Below are positions 32,715 to 42,421 of a DNA stretch of 64,000 bases, piece by piece; the stretch's first letter is position 1; every line of letters begins with the position of its first letter. The stretch lies in contig JAXHNB010000008.1 in NCBI GenBank assembly GCA_034520945.1, positions 32,001 to 96,000 on the forward strand. Reading direction: 5' to 3'. Made by a program: the position numbers and the translations under genes. Under the pieces are notes generated by a model, which saw nothing but the letters and a program-made list of their open reading frames with translations, was not told the DNA's origin and did no database searches. The stretch comes from Trueperaceae bacterium (GTDB taxonomy: Bacteria > Deinococcota > Deinococci > Deinococcales > Trueperaceae).

Positions 32715-33569
32715 ATGTCGCAAGAGCATCGACGGGAGAAGGAGAAGGACGGCCCGCTGGCCGCGGTCATCGAGAAAGCGACGCGTGCCGAGCCCAAACT
32801 CAACAAGGCTGTCGTGCGTGCCATGCGCGTCCTTGCCGAGTTCGACGAGGATACGCCCGAATGGACCGTCAACGCCCTGTCACGTCGCCTCGGCATCGCG
32901 AAGAGCAGCGTGAGCACGGTCTTGGCGACACTCGCAGAGTTCGATCTCGTGGCACGCGCGGAGGACGGGAGCGGACGGTATCGGCTCGGGCTTCGCTGTA
33001 TGGAAATGGGGTACTTGTCCTCGTCGCGGCTACAGGTACGTGACCTCGCGTTCCCACTGCTAGAACGGTTGTTGGGGGAGACCCAGCAGATCGTCTATCT
33101 GGCCATCCCCTATCAGCGTGAAGTGCTGTACGTCGAGGCGATGTATCCCCCGCACCGGAGGATCAACTTCTCGTCGCAAGGGCGGAGAGCGCCCCTGTAT
33201 TGCACGGGAATCGGTAAGGCGATCCTCGCCTTCCTGCCCGTCGAGGATCAACGGGATTACCTGTCCCGTGCCCCCTTCCCCAGGCTCACGTCCAATACGC
33301 TTTGTCGCCGCGAAGAGCTTGAACGCGAGATCGAGGAAACGCATGCTCGGGGGTACGCAACGGACCACGAGGAGCGTGAACACGGGATTCGATGCGTGGC
33401 GTCGCCCGTTCTCTCACGTTTCGGACAGGTCGTGGCCGCAGTGAGCATCAGCGGGTCTAGCGACGAGATCGACGAAGACCGAATTCCGCAGTTGGCGCAA
33501 ATCGTGCACGCGACCGCTGTGGACGTGGGTCGCAAATTGCAGTTTGCCGGTCATGGAGGTCGCCCGTGA
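32715..33569 (+). CDS. IclR family transcriptional regulator
   Basis: AVVRAMRVL, YRLG, PLYCTGIGKAILA, GYA.D.EE..GIRCVA. Confidence 0.93.
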   Translation: MSQEHRREKEKDGPLAAVIEKATRAEPKLNKAVVRAMRVLAEFDEDTPEWTVNALSRRLGIAKSSVSTVLATLAEFDLVARAEDGSGRYRLGLRCMEMGYLSSSRLQVRDLAFPLLERLLGETQQIVYLAIPYQREVLYVEAMYPPHRRINFSSQGRRAPLYCTGIGKAILAFLPVEDQRDYLSRAPFPRLTSNTLCRREELEREIEETHARGYATDHEEREHGIRCVASPVLSRFGQVVAAVSISGSSDEIDEDRIPQLAQIVHATAVDVGRKLQFAGHGGRP

Positions 33570-33747
33570 CGTACGGGTGCCCCTCCTGTCGCGGCTTGCG
33601 CTCGGTTTGCGTCCAGCTGGACGCAGCGATCGGTTGGAGGAAGCGCATGGCTTCGGAGAGGAGGTGGTGGCAAGGAAGCGCAGAGTGATCAGCCAGTCAG
33701 GTACGTCGACCCGGGCACGCCACGAATCCCGAAGCAAAGGAGTTCAA

Positions 33748-35001
33748 GTGAAGCACCTAAGATTCCTACTCGTTACCCTCGTGCTCGTCATCGGTGGAAG
33801 CGTACTCGCGCAAACCGTTCTTCGGATGAATACGCTGTTCCATAGTGGCGACGCGCAGGCAATGGTTCGCATCGTCGACGAGTTCAACGAGGTCCACGAC
33901 GACGTTCAAATCGAGCTGACGCAGGGACAGTGGTCGGACTACTACGCTCAGCTTTACAACGCCGTCGTGGCCGACAACGCCCCGCACATCGGTGTCGTTC
34001 ACACCACGTTGCTTCCGCAGATGGCCCCCGCCCTCACCCCCCTCGTCGACGGCCCTGCGGGGAACCTCCTGACGGCGGCCGGCATCGATCCGGATGACTA
34101 CATCGCCAACCTCTGGGACGCCGGTACGTATGAGGGGCAGCGCTACTTGGTACCCCTGGACACGCACATGTTTGGCCTTTGGTACAACAAGGACATCTTC
34201 GCCGAAGCGGGACTGGACCCCGAGAGCCCACCCCAAACGCGCGAAGAGTTCGAGGCCGCCGCCGACGCAATCGTCGCGAACACGGACGCGTATGGTTTCC
34301 ATCCTGCCGAAGATGCGCTACCGCGGAAACTGCGCCGCGCATGGTACTACCTGTACTGGCAGCAAGGCGGAGAACTGTTCGACGCTGACCATAGCGAAGC
34401 GACCTTCAACAACGACGCTGGGCTTCAGGCTTGCGAATACCTGGCGGACATGGTCGGTGAGCGGGGTTGGAACATTCCCTCGGGTGATGGCTTTGCGCAG
34501 TTCAGCGCGGGCGACCTCGGCATGCTCGTGGCAGGCAACTGGTACTACTGGACGGCCGAAGAAGCTGGATTGAACTATGGGTTCGCCAAGATGCCCGTGT
34601 TCTTCGATGAGCTCCGGACGTGGGGAAACAGCCACAATCTGGTGATCCCCCAACAGCCCGACGGCACGTCCACGGAAACGTACGTCGCGGCGGCCGAGGC
34701 CATTCGCTGGATCACGGAGAACAGCGACACCTGGGGCATCTATGGTGGGCACATTCCCGCCCACAGCCAGGCTCGCGCAAGTGAAGCCCTGCGGGAATCG
34801 GATACCTGGCAGAAGTCACTCGGAACGTTCGCCGAGATGGCCGAGCAGGGCGCCGTCCACTATCCCATCACGCACGAGCGCGCATCCGAGCTCGAAGAGC
34901 CCATCACCGTCAACATTCAACAAGCCTACAACGGCAGCATTACGTGCCAGGAGGCTCTTGACCGGGCCGAGTCGGGCGTCAATACCATTCTCGGCAACTG
35001 A
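33748..35001 (+). CDS. Sugar ABC transporter substrate-binding protein
   Basis: AAGGAG RBS, signal peptide, LWYNKDIF..AGLDPE.PP.T. Confidence 0.9.
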   Translation: MKHLRFLLVTLVLVIGGSVLAQTVLRMNTLFHSGDAQAMVRIVDEFNEVHDDVQIELTQGQWSDYYAQLYNAVVADNAPHIGVVHTTLLPQMAPALTPLVDGPAGNLLTAAGIDPDDYIANLWDAGTYEGQRYLVPLDTHMFGLWYNKDIFAEAGLDPESPPQTREEFEAAADAIVANTDAYGFHPAEDALPRKLRRAWYYLYWQQGGELFDADHSEATFNNDAGLQACEYLADMVGERGWNIPSGDGFAQFSAGDLGMLVAGNWYYWTAEEAGLNYGFAKMPVFFDELRTWGNSHNLVIPQQPDGTSTETYVAAAEAIRWITENSDTWGIYGGHIPAHSQARASEALRESDTWQKSLGTFAEMAEQGAVHYPITHERASELEEPITVNIQQAYNGSITCQEALDRAESGVNTILGN

Positions 35002-35072
35002 GATCGACCGCCGCGAGCGGAGTCGGGGGCATGTCCGTCCCCGACTCCTGCAGCGCGAAAGGACCATCGCCC

Positions 35073-35966
35073 GTGAAACGCTTGCTGAAGAGTCGAGAGT
35101 TCGTCGGCATCCTATACATCCTTCCCTTCGCCATCATATGGCTGGCGTTTCTGGTTTGGCCCGTGGTCTACGGCTTCTACATAAGCCTCTGGCGCTGGGA
35201 CCCACTCCGCGGTTCCGAGTTCGTGGGATTTGCGAACTACCTGCGACTGTTTGGCGAGGCGCGCTTCTGGAACTCCGTTCGGAACACGTTCGAGTTTGCG
35301 CTCATCAGCATTCCGCTGATCGTCGGGCTCGGCCTCCTGTTTGCGGTCTTGCTTCACGGTCGAGATTTCCCTGGCAAGAATCTGGTCGAGGCAGGCTTGT
35401 TCCTTCCCTATTTGTTGAACGTGTCGATCATCAGTTTGGTATGGGCGTGGCTCGTCGATACCGACTACGGAATACTCATCGCCTTCCTGGAACGGATTGG
35501 ATGGGATGCCCCGGCGTTCCTGAACGATCCGTTTTGGGCGATCCCCGTCATCGCCATCGCCACGGGGTGGTGGTTGTCGGGCTATCGCGTCGTGATCTTC
35601 CGTGCGGCGCTTCAGGACATCCCCAAGAACATCCTGGAAATGGCCGAGCTCGACGGCGCGAATGCCTGGACGCGCTTCACCCGAATCATGCTCCCCCTCA
35701 TCAAGCCGTCGATTCTGTTTGCGGTCGTGTTGACGTCCATTTCAGGCTTCCGCGTATTGGGGCAAGTGCTGATCATGACGGAAGGGGGACCAGGTCGCGC
35801 GTCGGAAGTCCTTGCGCTGTACCTGTACCGCTTGGGCTTTCAGTATCTCGACATGGGGCGAGCGGCAGCCGTTGGATTCGTCTTGTTCGTACTGATCCTG
35901 ATCGTGTCCTTGATCGCGACGCGATTCCTCGGCCTAGAGTCAGAGTTCGAACGTAGGGAGGGGTAG
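35073..35966 (+). CDS. Sugar ABC transporter permease
   Basis: FVGFANY, EAA-like loop ELDGA, T.GGP; start may be 35031. Confidence 0.92.
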   Translation: MKRLLKSREFVGILYILPFAIIWLAFLVWPVVYGFYISLWRWDPLRGSEFVGFANYLRLFGEARFWNSVRNTFEFALISIPLIVGLGLLFAVLLHGRDFPGKNLVEAGLFLPYLLNVSIISLVWAWLVDTDYGILIAFLERIGWDAPAFLNDPFWAIPVIAIATGWWLSGYRVVIFRAALQDIPKNILEMAELDGANAWTRFTRIMLPLIKPSILFAVVLTSISGFRVLGQVLIMTEGGPGRASEVLALYLYRLGFQYLDMGRAAAVGFVLFVLILIVSLIATRFLGLESEFERREG

Positions 35967-35968
35967 GC

Positions 35969-36796
35969 GTGCCACGACGTCGCTGGTCCACCTACGGCTG
36001 GAGCGCGCTCTACATCGTTGGGGTGATCGCCTGGCTCGTCCCAGTTTGGTGGATGTTCGACACAGCGTTCAAGCCAGAGGCCTACATCTTCCAGCGACCC
36101 CCGACCTGGTGGTCGCCGGAGTGGACGCTCAAGCATTTCCGCGAGGTGTTCTCAGAGTGGCCGTTCCTTCGCTGGGTCCTGAACAGCACCCTCATCGCGG
36201 GCGGGGCGACCGCATTGTCGTTGGTGCTGTCGATTCCGGCGGCCTACTCCTTCGCCCGCATCCGTTGGCGCGGCCGCAACATCGTGTTCTTCGTGATGAT
36301 CGCCTCGATGCTGATCCCCTGGCAAGTTAACGCGATCCCGCTGTACTTCATCATGAACGACCTAGAACTCCTGAATACGCGGGTGGCCGTGATGCTGCCG
36401 ATTGCTGCGATGCCGGTGGGGGTGTTCCTTCTGCGCCAATTCTTCATCAACATTCCACGTGAGCTCGAAGAGGCAGCTCGAATCGATGGCTGCACCACGT
36501 TCGGCATCCTGTGGCGGATCGTGTTGCCCATTTCGCTACCGGCACTCGCTGCGCTTGGCATCTATCAATTCGTATTCACCTGGAACGAGTTCTTCTGGTC
36601 CATCATTGCGCTTGGGCGCGAAGACATGTACACGATTCCAATCGGCCTGCGAGCATTGCAGGGTTCGTACGACATTCAGTACGGCATCTTGATGGCTGGC
36701 GCAGCGCTGGCATCGCTCCCTGTACTGCTGGTCTACTTGGTGCTGCAGCGGCGCATCATTTCAGGGATCACCATGTCCAGCGCAGAGTTCAAGTGA
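35969..36796 (+). CDS. Sugar ABC transporter permease
   Basis: IPRELEEAARIDG, WNEFFW. Confidence 0.92.
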   Translation: MPRRRWSTYGWSALYIVGVIAWLVPVWWMFDTAFKPEAYIFQRPPTWWSPEWTLKHFREVFSEWPFLRWVLNSTLIAGGATALSLVLSIPAAYSFARIRWRGRNIVFFVMIASMLIPWQVNAIPLYFIMNDLELLNTRVAVMLPIAAMPVGVFLLRQFFINIPRELEEAARIDGCTTFGILWRIVLPISLPALAALGIYQFVFTWNEFFWSIIALGREDMYTIPIGLRALQGSYDIQYGILMAGAALASLPVLLVYLVLQRRIISGITMSSAEFK

Positions 36797-37746
36797 TGCG
36801 TCCGACCCACGTGAGCACCCTGTTCGACGAGCTAACGCCGCGGAGCGTGCATTGCGCCACGATCACGGATGTGGGTGGAGGGGAACTCCTTGCCGCGTGC
36901 TACGCGTTCTCGTACGAAACGTCCCCCGACTCGATCATCGTGACGTCGCGCTTCCGTGATGGGGCTTGGGGTCCCATTGCCACGCCCATCGACTACCCAG
37001 GGATCGCCGTTGGCAATCCCGTCTTGTACATGGACAGTGAGGGCATCGTACATCTCTTTTTCGTCGTGGTGATGGGGGAAGGATGGACTGACGCGTACGT
37101 CGTCCAGGCCACGTCCCGCGACGGAGGTCGAAGTTGGGGCAACGCCAACCGGGTGCACGAGAGGCGTGGACTCATGACCAAGACGCGACCGATCGAGGTC
37201 GATGGACGGTTGCTGCTTCCGGTCTACGACGAGGGTCAATGGTGCTCCATGGTGCTCGTTCGTGAACGTGATGGGATATGGCGTCTCCACGGCGATACGA
37301 CGTCGCGGGGTCGCACGCTCCAGCCGGCGATCGTCGCTCGAAGCGACGGGTGCCTCGACATGTATTCACGGGGCCGAACCGGTCGGGTGTTCCACGCGTT
37401 GTCCGTCGACGGCGGGTACAGCTGGACGGCGTCGCGCCCGACCGAACTGCCCAACCCCAACGCAGGCGTGGAAGCCCTACGCACGCAAGGAGGCGCGCTC
37501 ATGCTGATAGGCAACCCAGCGACCATGGGAAGGGAGCGGCTCGCCTTCCAGGTCTCGCACGACGACGGTCGCTCCTGGAGCGAACCGCTGGACATCGAGA
37601 CCGTGGATGACGGCGAACTCTCGTACCCCTACGCGATTCTCGATACCCAGGGATTCATTCAGCTCCTCTACACACGCCAGCGCACCGAGATCGTCCATGT
37701 GGTTTGGTCGCCCGGCTCGCTCGACGAGGGCGAGATGTACGCATGA
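36796..37746 (+). CDS. BNR/Asp-box repeat sialidase-like beta-propeller protein
   Basis: Asp boxes SRDGGRSW, SVDGGYSW, SHDDGRSW; NPV, LPNPN, SYP; no signal peptide. Confidence 0.85.
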   Translation: MRPTHVSTLFDELTPRSVHCATITDVGGGELLAACYAFSYETSPDSIIVTSRFRDGAWGPIATPIDYPGIAVGNPVLYMDSEGIVHLFFVVVMGEGWTDAYVVQATSRDGGRSWGNANRVHERRGLMTKTRPIEVDGRLLLPVYDEGQWCSMVLVRERDGIWRLHGDTTSRGRTLQPAIVARSDGCLDMYSRGRTGRVFHALSVDGGYSWTASRPTELPNPNAGVEALRTQGGALMLIGNPATMGRERLAFQVSHDDGRSWSEPLDIETVDDGELSYPYAILDTQGFIQLLYTRQRTEIVHVVWSPGSLDEGEMYA

Positions 37747-38627
37747 TGCGACTCTCCGGCATCTACCCGGCCCTGTTGACGCCGTTCGCGGCTGACACCT
37801 CGCTCAGGCTCGATCTCATCGACGATTATGTCGAGTTCCTGCTGAATGCGGGCGTGCATGGTGTACACCCCGGTGGCACGACCGGCGAAGCACCTCTGAT
37901 GACGTCACGCGAGCGAATCGAAGTGGTCGAGCGTGTCGTCGATGTCGTGAATGGCCGACGCCCCGTGATCGCCCAGGTCGGGCACATTCGTACGGCCGAA
38001 GCGACGATGCTCGCAAGGGAGTGCCGTGCGGTCGGTGCTGACGCCGTAAGCATCGTCACGCCGTACTACTACGTTCTGCCCGAGGAGGCGCTCGAGGCGT
38101 ACTTCCTGGCGGTGATCCGCGCGCTTCCGGACGATACGCCCATCTACCTCTACAACATTCCGCAGTCGACGTTGAATGTCGTTGGAGCGCCTCTGCTGCA
38201 GCGCCTTCGCGCGGCGGCACCCAATGTGCGTGGCCTCAAGCACAGCGAGGCCAACGTGGGTCGACTCGGCGCCTACCTCGAGGACGAGGGTACGGACGTC
38301 TTCGTCGGGAGCGACGGACTCGTGCTTGCGGGCCTCGCGATGGGCGCCGTCGGGGCCGTAAGCGGGAACGCCAACGTGGCGCCCGAAGCGTTCGTTCGTC
38401 TGTACGACGCGTGGCGTACGGGAAGGCTGGACGAAGCACGCCGTCAGCAGCGTAGGATCGTTCATATTGCTTCATTGCTCGGCAACGGAGGGCATCTCGA
38501 TGCGTTCAAGACGGCGCTCCAGCGTCGCGGTGTAGACGTGGGAACGGTCCGCGATCCACTTCCGCGCGTACGTGAAGCAATGCACGATGCGATCGATGAA
38601 GCGGTTGCCCTGGCCACGACGTCGTGA
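37743..38627 (+). CDS. Dihydrodipicolinate synthase / N-acetylneuraminate lyase family aldolase
   Basis: TPF, GGTTGE, PYY, YNIP, GLKHS (Schiff-base Lys). Confidence 0.9.
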   Translation: MMRLSGIYPALLTPFAADTSLRLDLIDDYVEFLLNAGVHGVHPGGTTGEAPLMTSRERIEVVERVVDVVNGRRPVIAQVGHIRTAEATMLARECRAVGADAVSIVTPYYYVLPEEALEAYFLAVIRALPDDTPIYLYNIPQSTLNVVGAPLLQRLRAAAPNVRGLKHSEANVGRLGAYLEDEGTDVFVGSDGLVLAGLAMGAVGAVSGNANVAPEAFVRLYDAWRTGRLDEARRQQRRIVHIASLLGNGGHLDAFKTALQRRGVDVGTVRDPLPRVREAMHDAIDEAVALATTS

Positions 38628-38690
38628 CGACATGAGCAGTTGGGTCGTACGTTGTGGCGTTGAGTGCGTCTTGAAAGGAGTTCACCGAAC

Positions 38691-40295
38691 ATGAGTCAGG
38701 ACGTGTATTTGGTCGCCAGTGGGGACCTGCGTCCCGCTGCGAATGAGGAGGGGTGGCCTGCGCAACGGGCCCTGGAGGAGCGGCTTACGGAGGCCGTGGC
38801 GCGCGAGGGTCGGTCGTTGCGGCGCGCTTTCGCCGTGGACGAGCGCACCGGCCATGGCTTCGTGTCGTCGCAGCGGATGGGGATGGACGTGTTTGGGGGC
38901 GTGCCGCGGGAGGCGCCGGTGATCGTGGCGACGGCGGTGTGGCAGTATTCGCATCATGTGTTGCCGGGGTTGCGTCGTCATCGGGGGCCGATCTTGACGG
39001 TGGCGAATTGGAGTGGGCAGTGGCCGGGGTTGGTGGGGTTGTTGAACCTGAACGGATCGCTATCGAAGGCGGGCGTTCCGTACGAGTCGTTGTGGAGCGC
39101 GTCGTTCGATGATGCGTTCTTCCAGGACGGCCTGCGGCGTTGGTTGGCGGGGGAGCGCGTGCGGCATGATGTGTCGCACGTGCGGCCGTTCGACGTGGAC
39201 GGCGTCGATGAGGCGGCGCGCGCCGTCGGAACGAGCGTGGCGGAGGGTCTCGCGGAGCGGATGGCGATCCTGGGCGTGTTCGATGAGGGGTGCATGGGCA
39301 TGTACAACGCCATCTTGGACGACGAGGTGCTGAACGGGATGGGGGTCTACAAGGAGCGCTTGTCGCAGTCGGCGTTGGTGGCGGAGATGCGCAAGGTCGA
39401 AGACGAGGAGGCCGCGGCGGTGCGGGCGTGGTTGGACGAGCGCGGCATGACGTTCCATACCGGTCCCGACCCCGCGAAGCACCTGACCGATGGGCAGATC
39501 CACGAGCAGTGCAAGATGTACGTGGCGGCGGCACGGATGGCGGAGCGCTTCGGGTGTGATGCGATCGGGATTCAGTACCAGCAGGGTTTGAAGGAGATGA
39601 CGCCGGCCAGCGATCTGGTGGAGGGGTTGTTGAACGATCCGGACCGTCCGCCGGTGCGGGGCGAGGGGGGCGTCGTGATCCGTGATGGCGAAGCGATCCC
39701 GCATTTCAACGAGGTGGACGAGGGCGCGGCGGTGGATGCGTTGGTCACGAATCGGGTGTGGTCGTCGTTGGGGTTGGATCCGAGCACGACGTTGCATGAC
39801 GTCCGGTGGGGGGAGCATTTCGCGGGGGGTTCGTTGGAGGCGTTCGTGTGGGTGTTCGAGATTTCCGGGTCGGTGCCGGCGTCGCACTTGGCGGGCGGGT
39901 ACGCGGAAGCGGAGGGCAACCGTCAGCCGGCGGTGTACTTCCCGATGGGGGGGAGCACCTTGTCCGGCGTGTCGAAGCCGGGCGAGATCGTGTGGAGTCG
40001 CGTGTACGTCATGGACGGTGCGTTGCATGCCGACGTGGGGTTGGGCCGGTCCGTGGCGTTGCCGGCGGAGGAGGTTCGGCGCCGCCGGGAGGCGACCACG
40101 CCGGAGTGGCCGATCATGAACGCGGTGTTGTACGGCGTGTCGCGGGATCAGTTGATGGCGCAGCACAAGGCGAACCACGTGCAGGTGGCGTATGCGCCGG
40201 ATCGCGCTGCGGCGTTCCGGGCGGCCGGCGCGAAGGCGGCCGCGTTCGGTGCGATGGGCATGAGGGTGCACGCTTGCGGGGAGGTGCAGCCGTGA
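38691..40295 (+). CDS. L-fucose isomerase-like sugar isomerase
   Basis: ASGDLR..AN, NWSGQWPGLVG, GCMGMYNA, GIQYQ, HFNEVDEG, HKANH; GAAAGGAG RBS. Confidence 0.7.
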   Translation: MSQDVYLVASGDLRPAANEEGWPAQRALEERLTEAVAREGRSLRRAFAVDERTGHGFVSSQRMGMDVFGGVPREAPVIVATAVWQYSHHVLPGLRRHRGPILTVANWSGQWPGLVGLLNLNGSLSKAGVPYESLWSASFDDAFFQDGLRRWLAGERVRHDVSHVRPFDVDGVDEAARAVGTSVAEGLAERMAILGVFDEGCMGMYNAILDDEVLNGMGVYKERLSQSALVAEMRKVEDEEAAAVRAWLDERGMTFHTGPDPAKHLTDGQIHEQCKMYVAAARMAERFGCDAIGIQYQQGLKEMTPASDLVEGLLNDPDRPPVRGEGGVVIRDGEAIPHFNEVDEGAAVDALVTNRVWSSLGLDPSTTLHDVRWGEHFAGGSLEAFVWVFEISGSVPASHLAGGYAEAEGNRQPAVYFPMGGSTLSGVSKPGEIVWSRVYVMDGALHADVGLGRSVALPAEEVRRRREATTPEWPIMNAVLYGVSRDQLMAQHKANHVQVAYAPDRAAAFRAAGAKAAAFGAMGMRVHACGEVQP

Positions 40296-41803
40296 GCGAA
40301 GGGCTGTTGTTGGGCATCGACGTGGGCACGTACTCCTCGAAGGGCGTGCTGGTCACGCCGGCGGGCGAAGTGGTGCGGCAGGAGATGGTGGAGCACGGCA
40401 TGGACGTCCCGAAGGCGGGCTGGGCGGAGCACGATGCGGAGGGGGTGTGGTGGCACGACGTGGTGGCCCTGTGCCGGCGCCTGTTGGACGGGGAGCGGTA
40501 CCGAGGGTCCGACGTGGTGGGGGTGGCGGTGAGCGCGATCGGGCCGTGCCTGCTTGCGTTGGACGAGGCGGACCGCCCGTTGCGGCCGGCCATCTTGTAC
40601 GGGGTGGACACCCGCGCGCAGGCGGAGATCGCGGAGTTGACGGACGCCATCGGCGCGGAGGAGGTGCTTTCGTTCTCGAAGACGGCGTTCACCAGTCAGG
40701 CGATCGGGCCGAAGATCGTGTGGCTCAAGCGGCACGAGCCCGAGGTGTGGGCCCGCACGGCACGCCTGACGACCGCGTCGTCGTACCTGGTGTTCCGCCT
40801 TACCGGTGAGCACGTGATGGACCGCCACACCGCCAGTCATTGGATGCCGTTGATCGACATGGAGCGCATGGCGTGGAGCGAGCGATACGCCGAGCACGTG
40901 GCGCCCACCTCGATGCTTCCGAACTTGGCGTGGAGCGACGAGCGGGCCGGCGTCGTAACGCAGGCGGCTGCGGACGAGACAGGCCTGGCGGCCGGCACGC
41001 CGGTCGCGGTCGGCGCGGTGGACGCCCTGAGCGAGGCGTTGAGCGTGGGGGTGGCGGCGCCGGGCGACCTGATGATCATGTACGGCAGTACGGCGTTCTT
41101 CATTCTGGTGTTGGAACGCCCGTTGGCGGACCCACGGGTGTGGATGACGGGCGGTGCGTTCGACGGGCAGTACGCGCTGGCGGCGGGCATGGCGACGACG
41201 GGGAGCCTGACGCGCTGGATCCGGGACGCCTTCGCGAAGGACCTTCCTAGCGAGGGGGCGTACCAGGCGTTGTTCGATGCGGCGGCGGGCGTCCCTCCCG
41301 GCAGCGAGGGGTTGTTGATGCTGCCGTACTTCAGTGGCGAGCGTACGCCCATCAACGACCCGAACGCGCGGGGGGTGCTGGCGGGCTTGACGCTGGCGCA
41401 CGGGCGGCCGCACGTGTTCCGTGCCGCGCTGGAGGGCGTCGCGCACGGCATTCGGCACAACCTGGAGGTGTTCGAAGAGCTGGGCGCACCGATCGAGCGG
41501 TTGGTCGCCGTCGGCGGCGGCGTGCAGGGCGGCCTCTGGCCGCAGATCGTTAGCGACGTCACCGGTCGCACGCAACACGTGCCCGAACGCACCATCGGCG
41601 CCAGTTACGGCGACGCGTTCCTGGCCGGCCTGGCGTCCGGCACCCTCGACCGCACCGACCTGAACAGCTGGGTGCGCGGCGGCACCACCGTTCACCCTCA
41701 GCCCGACGCGGCCGCCCGGTACGACCAAGACCACCCGCTGTTCCGGCGTCTCTACCAGGACACCCGCGACACGGTCCATGCGCTTGCGCACCGAGGAAAC
41801 TAA
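40292..41803 (+). CDS. FGGY family carbohydrate kinase
   Basis: LGIDVGT..SK, GWAEHD, LPYFSGERTP, RAALEG, VGGG. Confidence 0.93.
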   Translation: MSEGLLLGIDVGTYSSKGVLVTPAGEVVRQEMVEHGMDVPKAGWAEHDAEGVWWHDVVALCRRLLDGERYRGSDVVGVAVSAIGPCLLALDEADRPLRPAILYGVDTRAQAEIAELTDAIGAEEVLSFSKTAFTSQAIGPKIVWLKRHEPEVWARTARLTTASSYLVFRLTGEHVMDRHTASHWMPLIDMERMAWSERYAEHVAPTSMLPNLAWSDERAGVVTQAAADETGLAAGTPVAVGAVDALSEALSVGVAAPGDLMIMYGSTAFFILVLERPLADPRVWMTGGAFDGQYALAAGMATTGSLTRWIRDAFAKDLPSEGAYQALFDAAAGVPPGSEGLLMLPYFSGERTPINDPNARGVLAGLTLAHGRPHVFRAALEGVAHGIRHNLEVFEELGAPIERLVAVGGGVQGGLWPQIVSDVTGRTQHVPERTIGASYGDAFLAGLASGTLDRTDLNSWVRGGTTVHPQPDAAARYDQDHPLFRRLYQDTRDTVHALAHRGN

Positions 41804-41916
41804 AGAATGGTGGCTACGAGCTCACGACTGAGTGATGTGCGCATTCGTGCTGTGGGGTCGCCAAGGTGTTGCTCTGCAGGCAACTGGTGCTCGTCACCCA
41901 GGATCAGCGGATCCAT
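41800..41916 (-). pseudogene. Probable HEPN (HepT/DUF86) toxin remnant
   Basis: ATG overlaps the end of the MNT gene and starts MDPLIL, as cognate toxins do, but stops after 38 aa with no RX4H motif. Confidence 0.4.
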
Positions 41917-42311
41917 CGGTTTCGTCGCGCTTCCAGCAAGCGGCGCCGGAGCGGCAGGAAGTCTTCGACGTCCGCGAGCATCTTGGTGATCAGCTGATCC
42001 CGTGTGCGGCGGTCCCGGCAGATCAGGGGGCGCCCCTTGCTCAACGCGGCCTGCAGGAGGGGTACGCCGGCGGTGCGAAGGTCGACGAGATCGAGGGGGT
42101 GCCCTGTTGCCGCCGCGATCTCCCGCACGAGGCGCGTGCGTTGCTCGGTTTCGAGCGGGCCGCTCGCGAGCACGCCGACGTCGACGTCGCTGTCAGGCGT
42201 CATGCCCCCCTGTGCGGCCGAACCGAACAGGTACGCCACCAGGATGTCCGGATCGCGACGAAGGACGTCCGTGACCTGTTCCGTGATGTCGGCGGGATCA
42301 CTGCTCGCCAT
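41904..42311 (-). CDS. Minimal nucleotidyltransferase (MntA-like antitoxin)
   Basis: AYLFGSAAQG...SDVDVGV, LDLVDL; leaderless TACACT promoter. Confidence 0.85.
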   Translation of the reverse strand: MASSDPADITEQVTDVLRRDPDILVAYLFGSAAQGGMTPDSDVDVGVLASGPLETEQRTRLVREIAAATGHPLDLVDLRTAGVPLLQAALSKGRPLICRDRRTRDQLITKMLADVEDFLPLRRRLLEARRNRWIR

Positions 42312-42421
42312 GAAGGCAGTGTAGCGTGCCGGGTACGCTGAACGGTGCGCTGCGCCGGGCGGGCGGTGAGCGGGCCCGCTACAGGGCGGTAGGGACGATG
42401 CGGCGCGCGAGGGGAGACACG

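Noticed and set aside
37743..38627. Calling this dapA or nanA
   Set aside because: Only family-level motifs are visible; the context is catabolic and other nan genes are absent.
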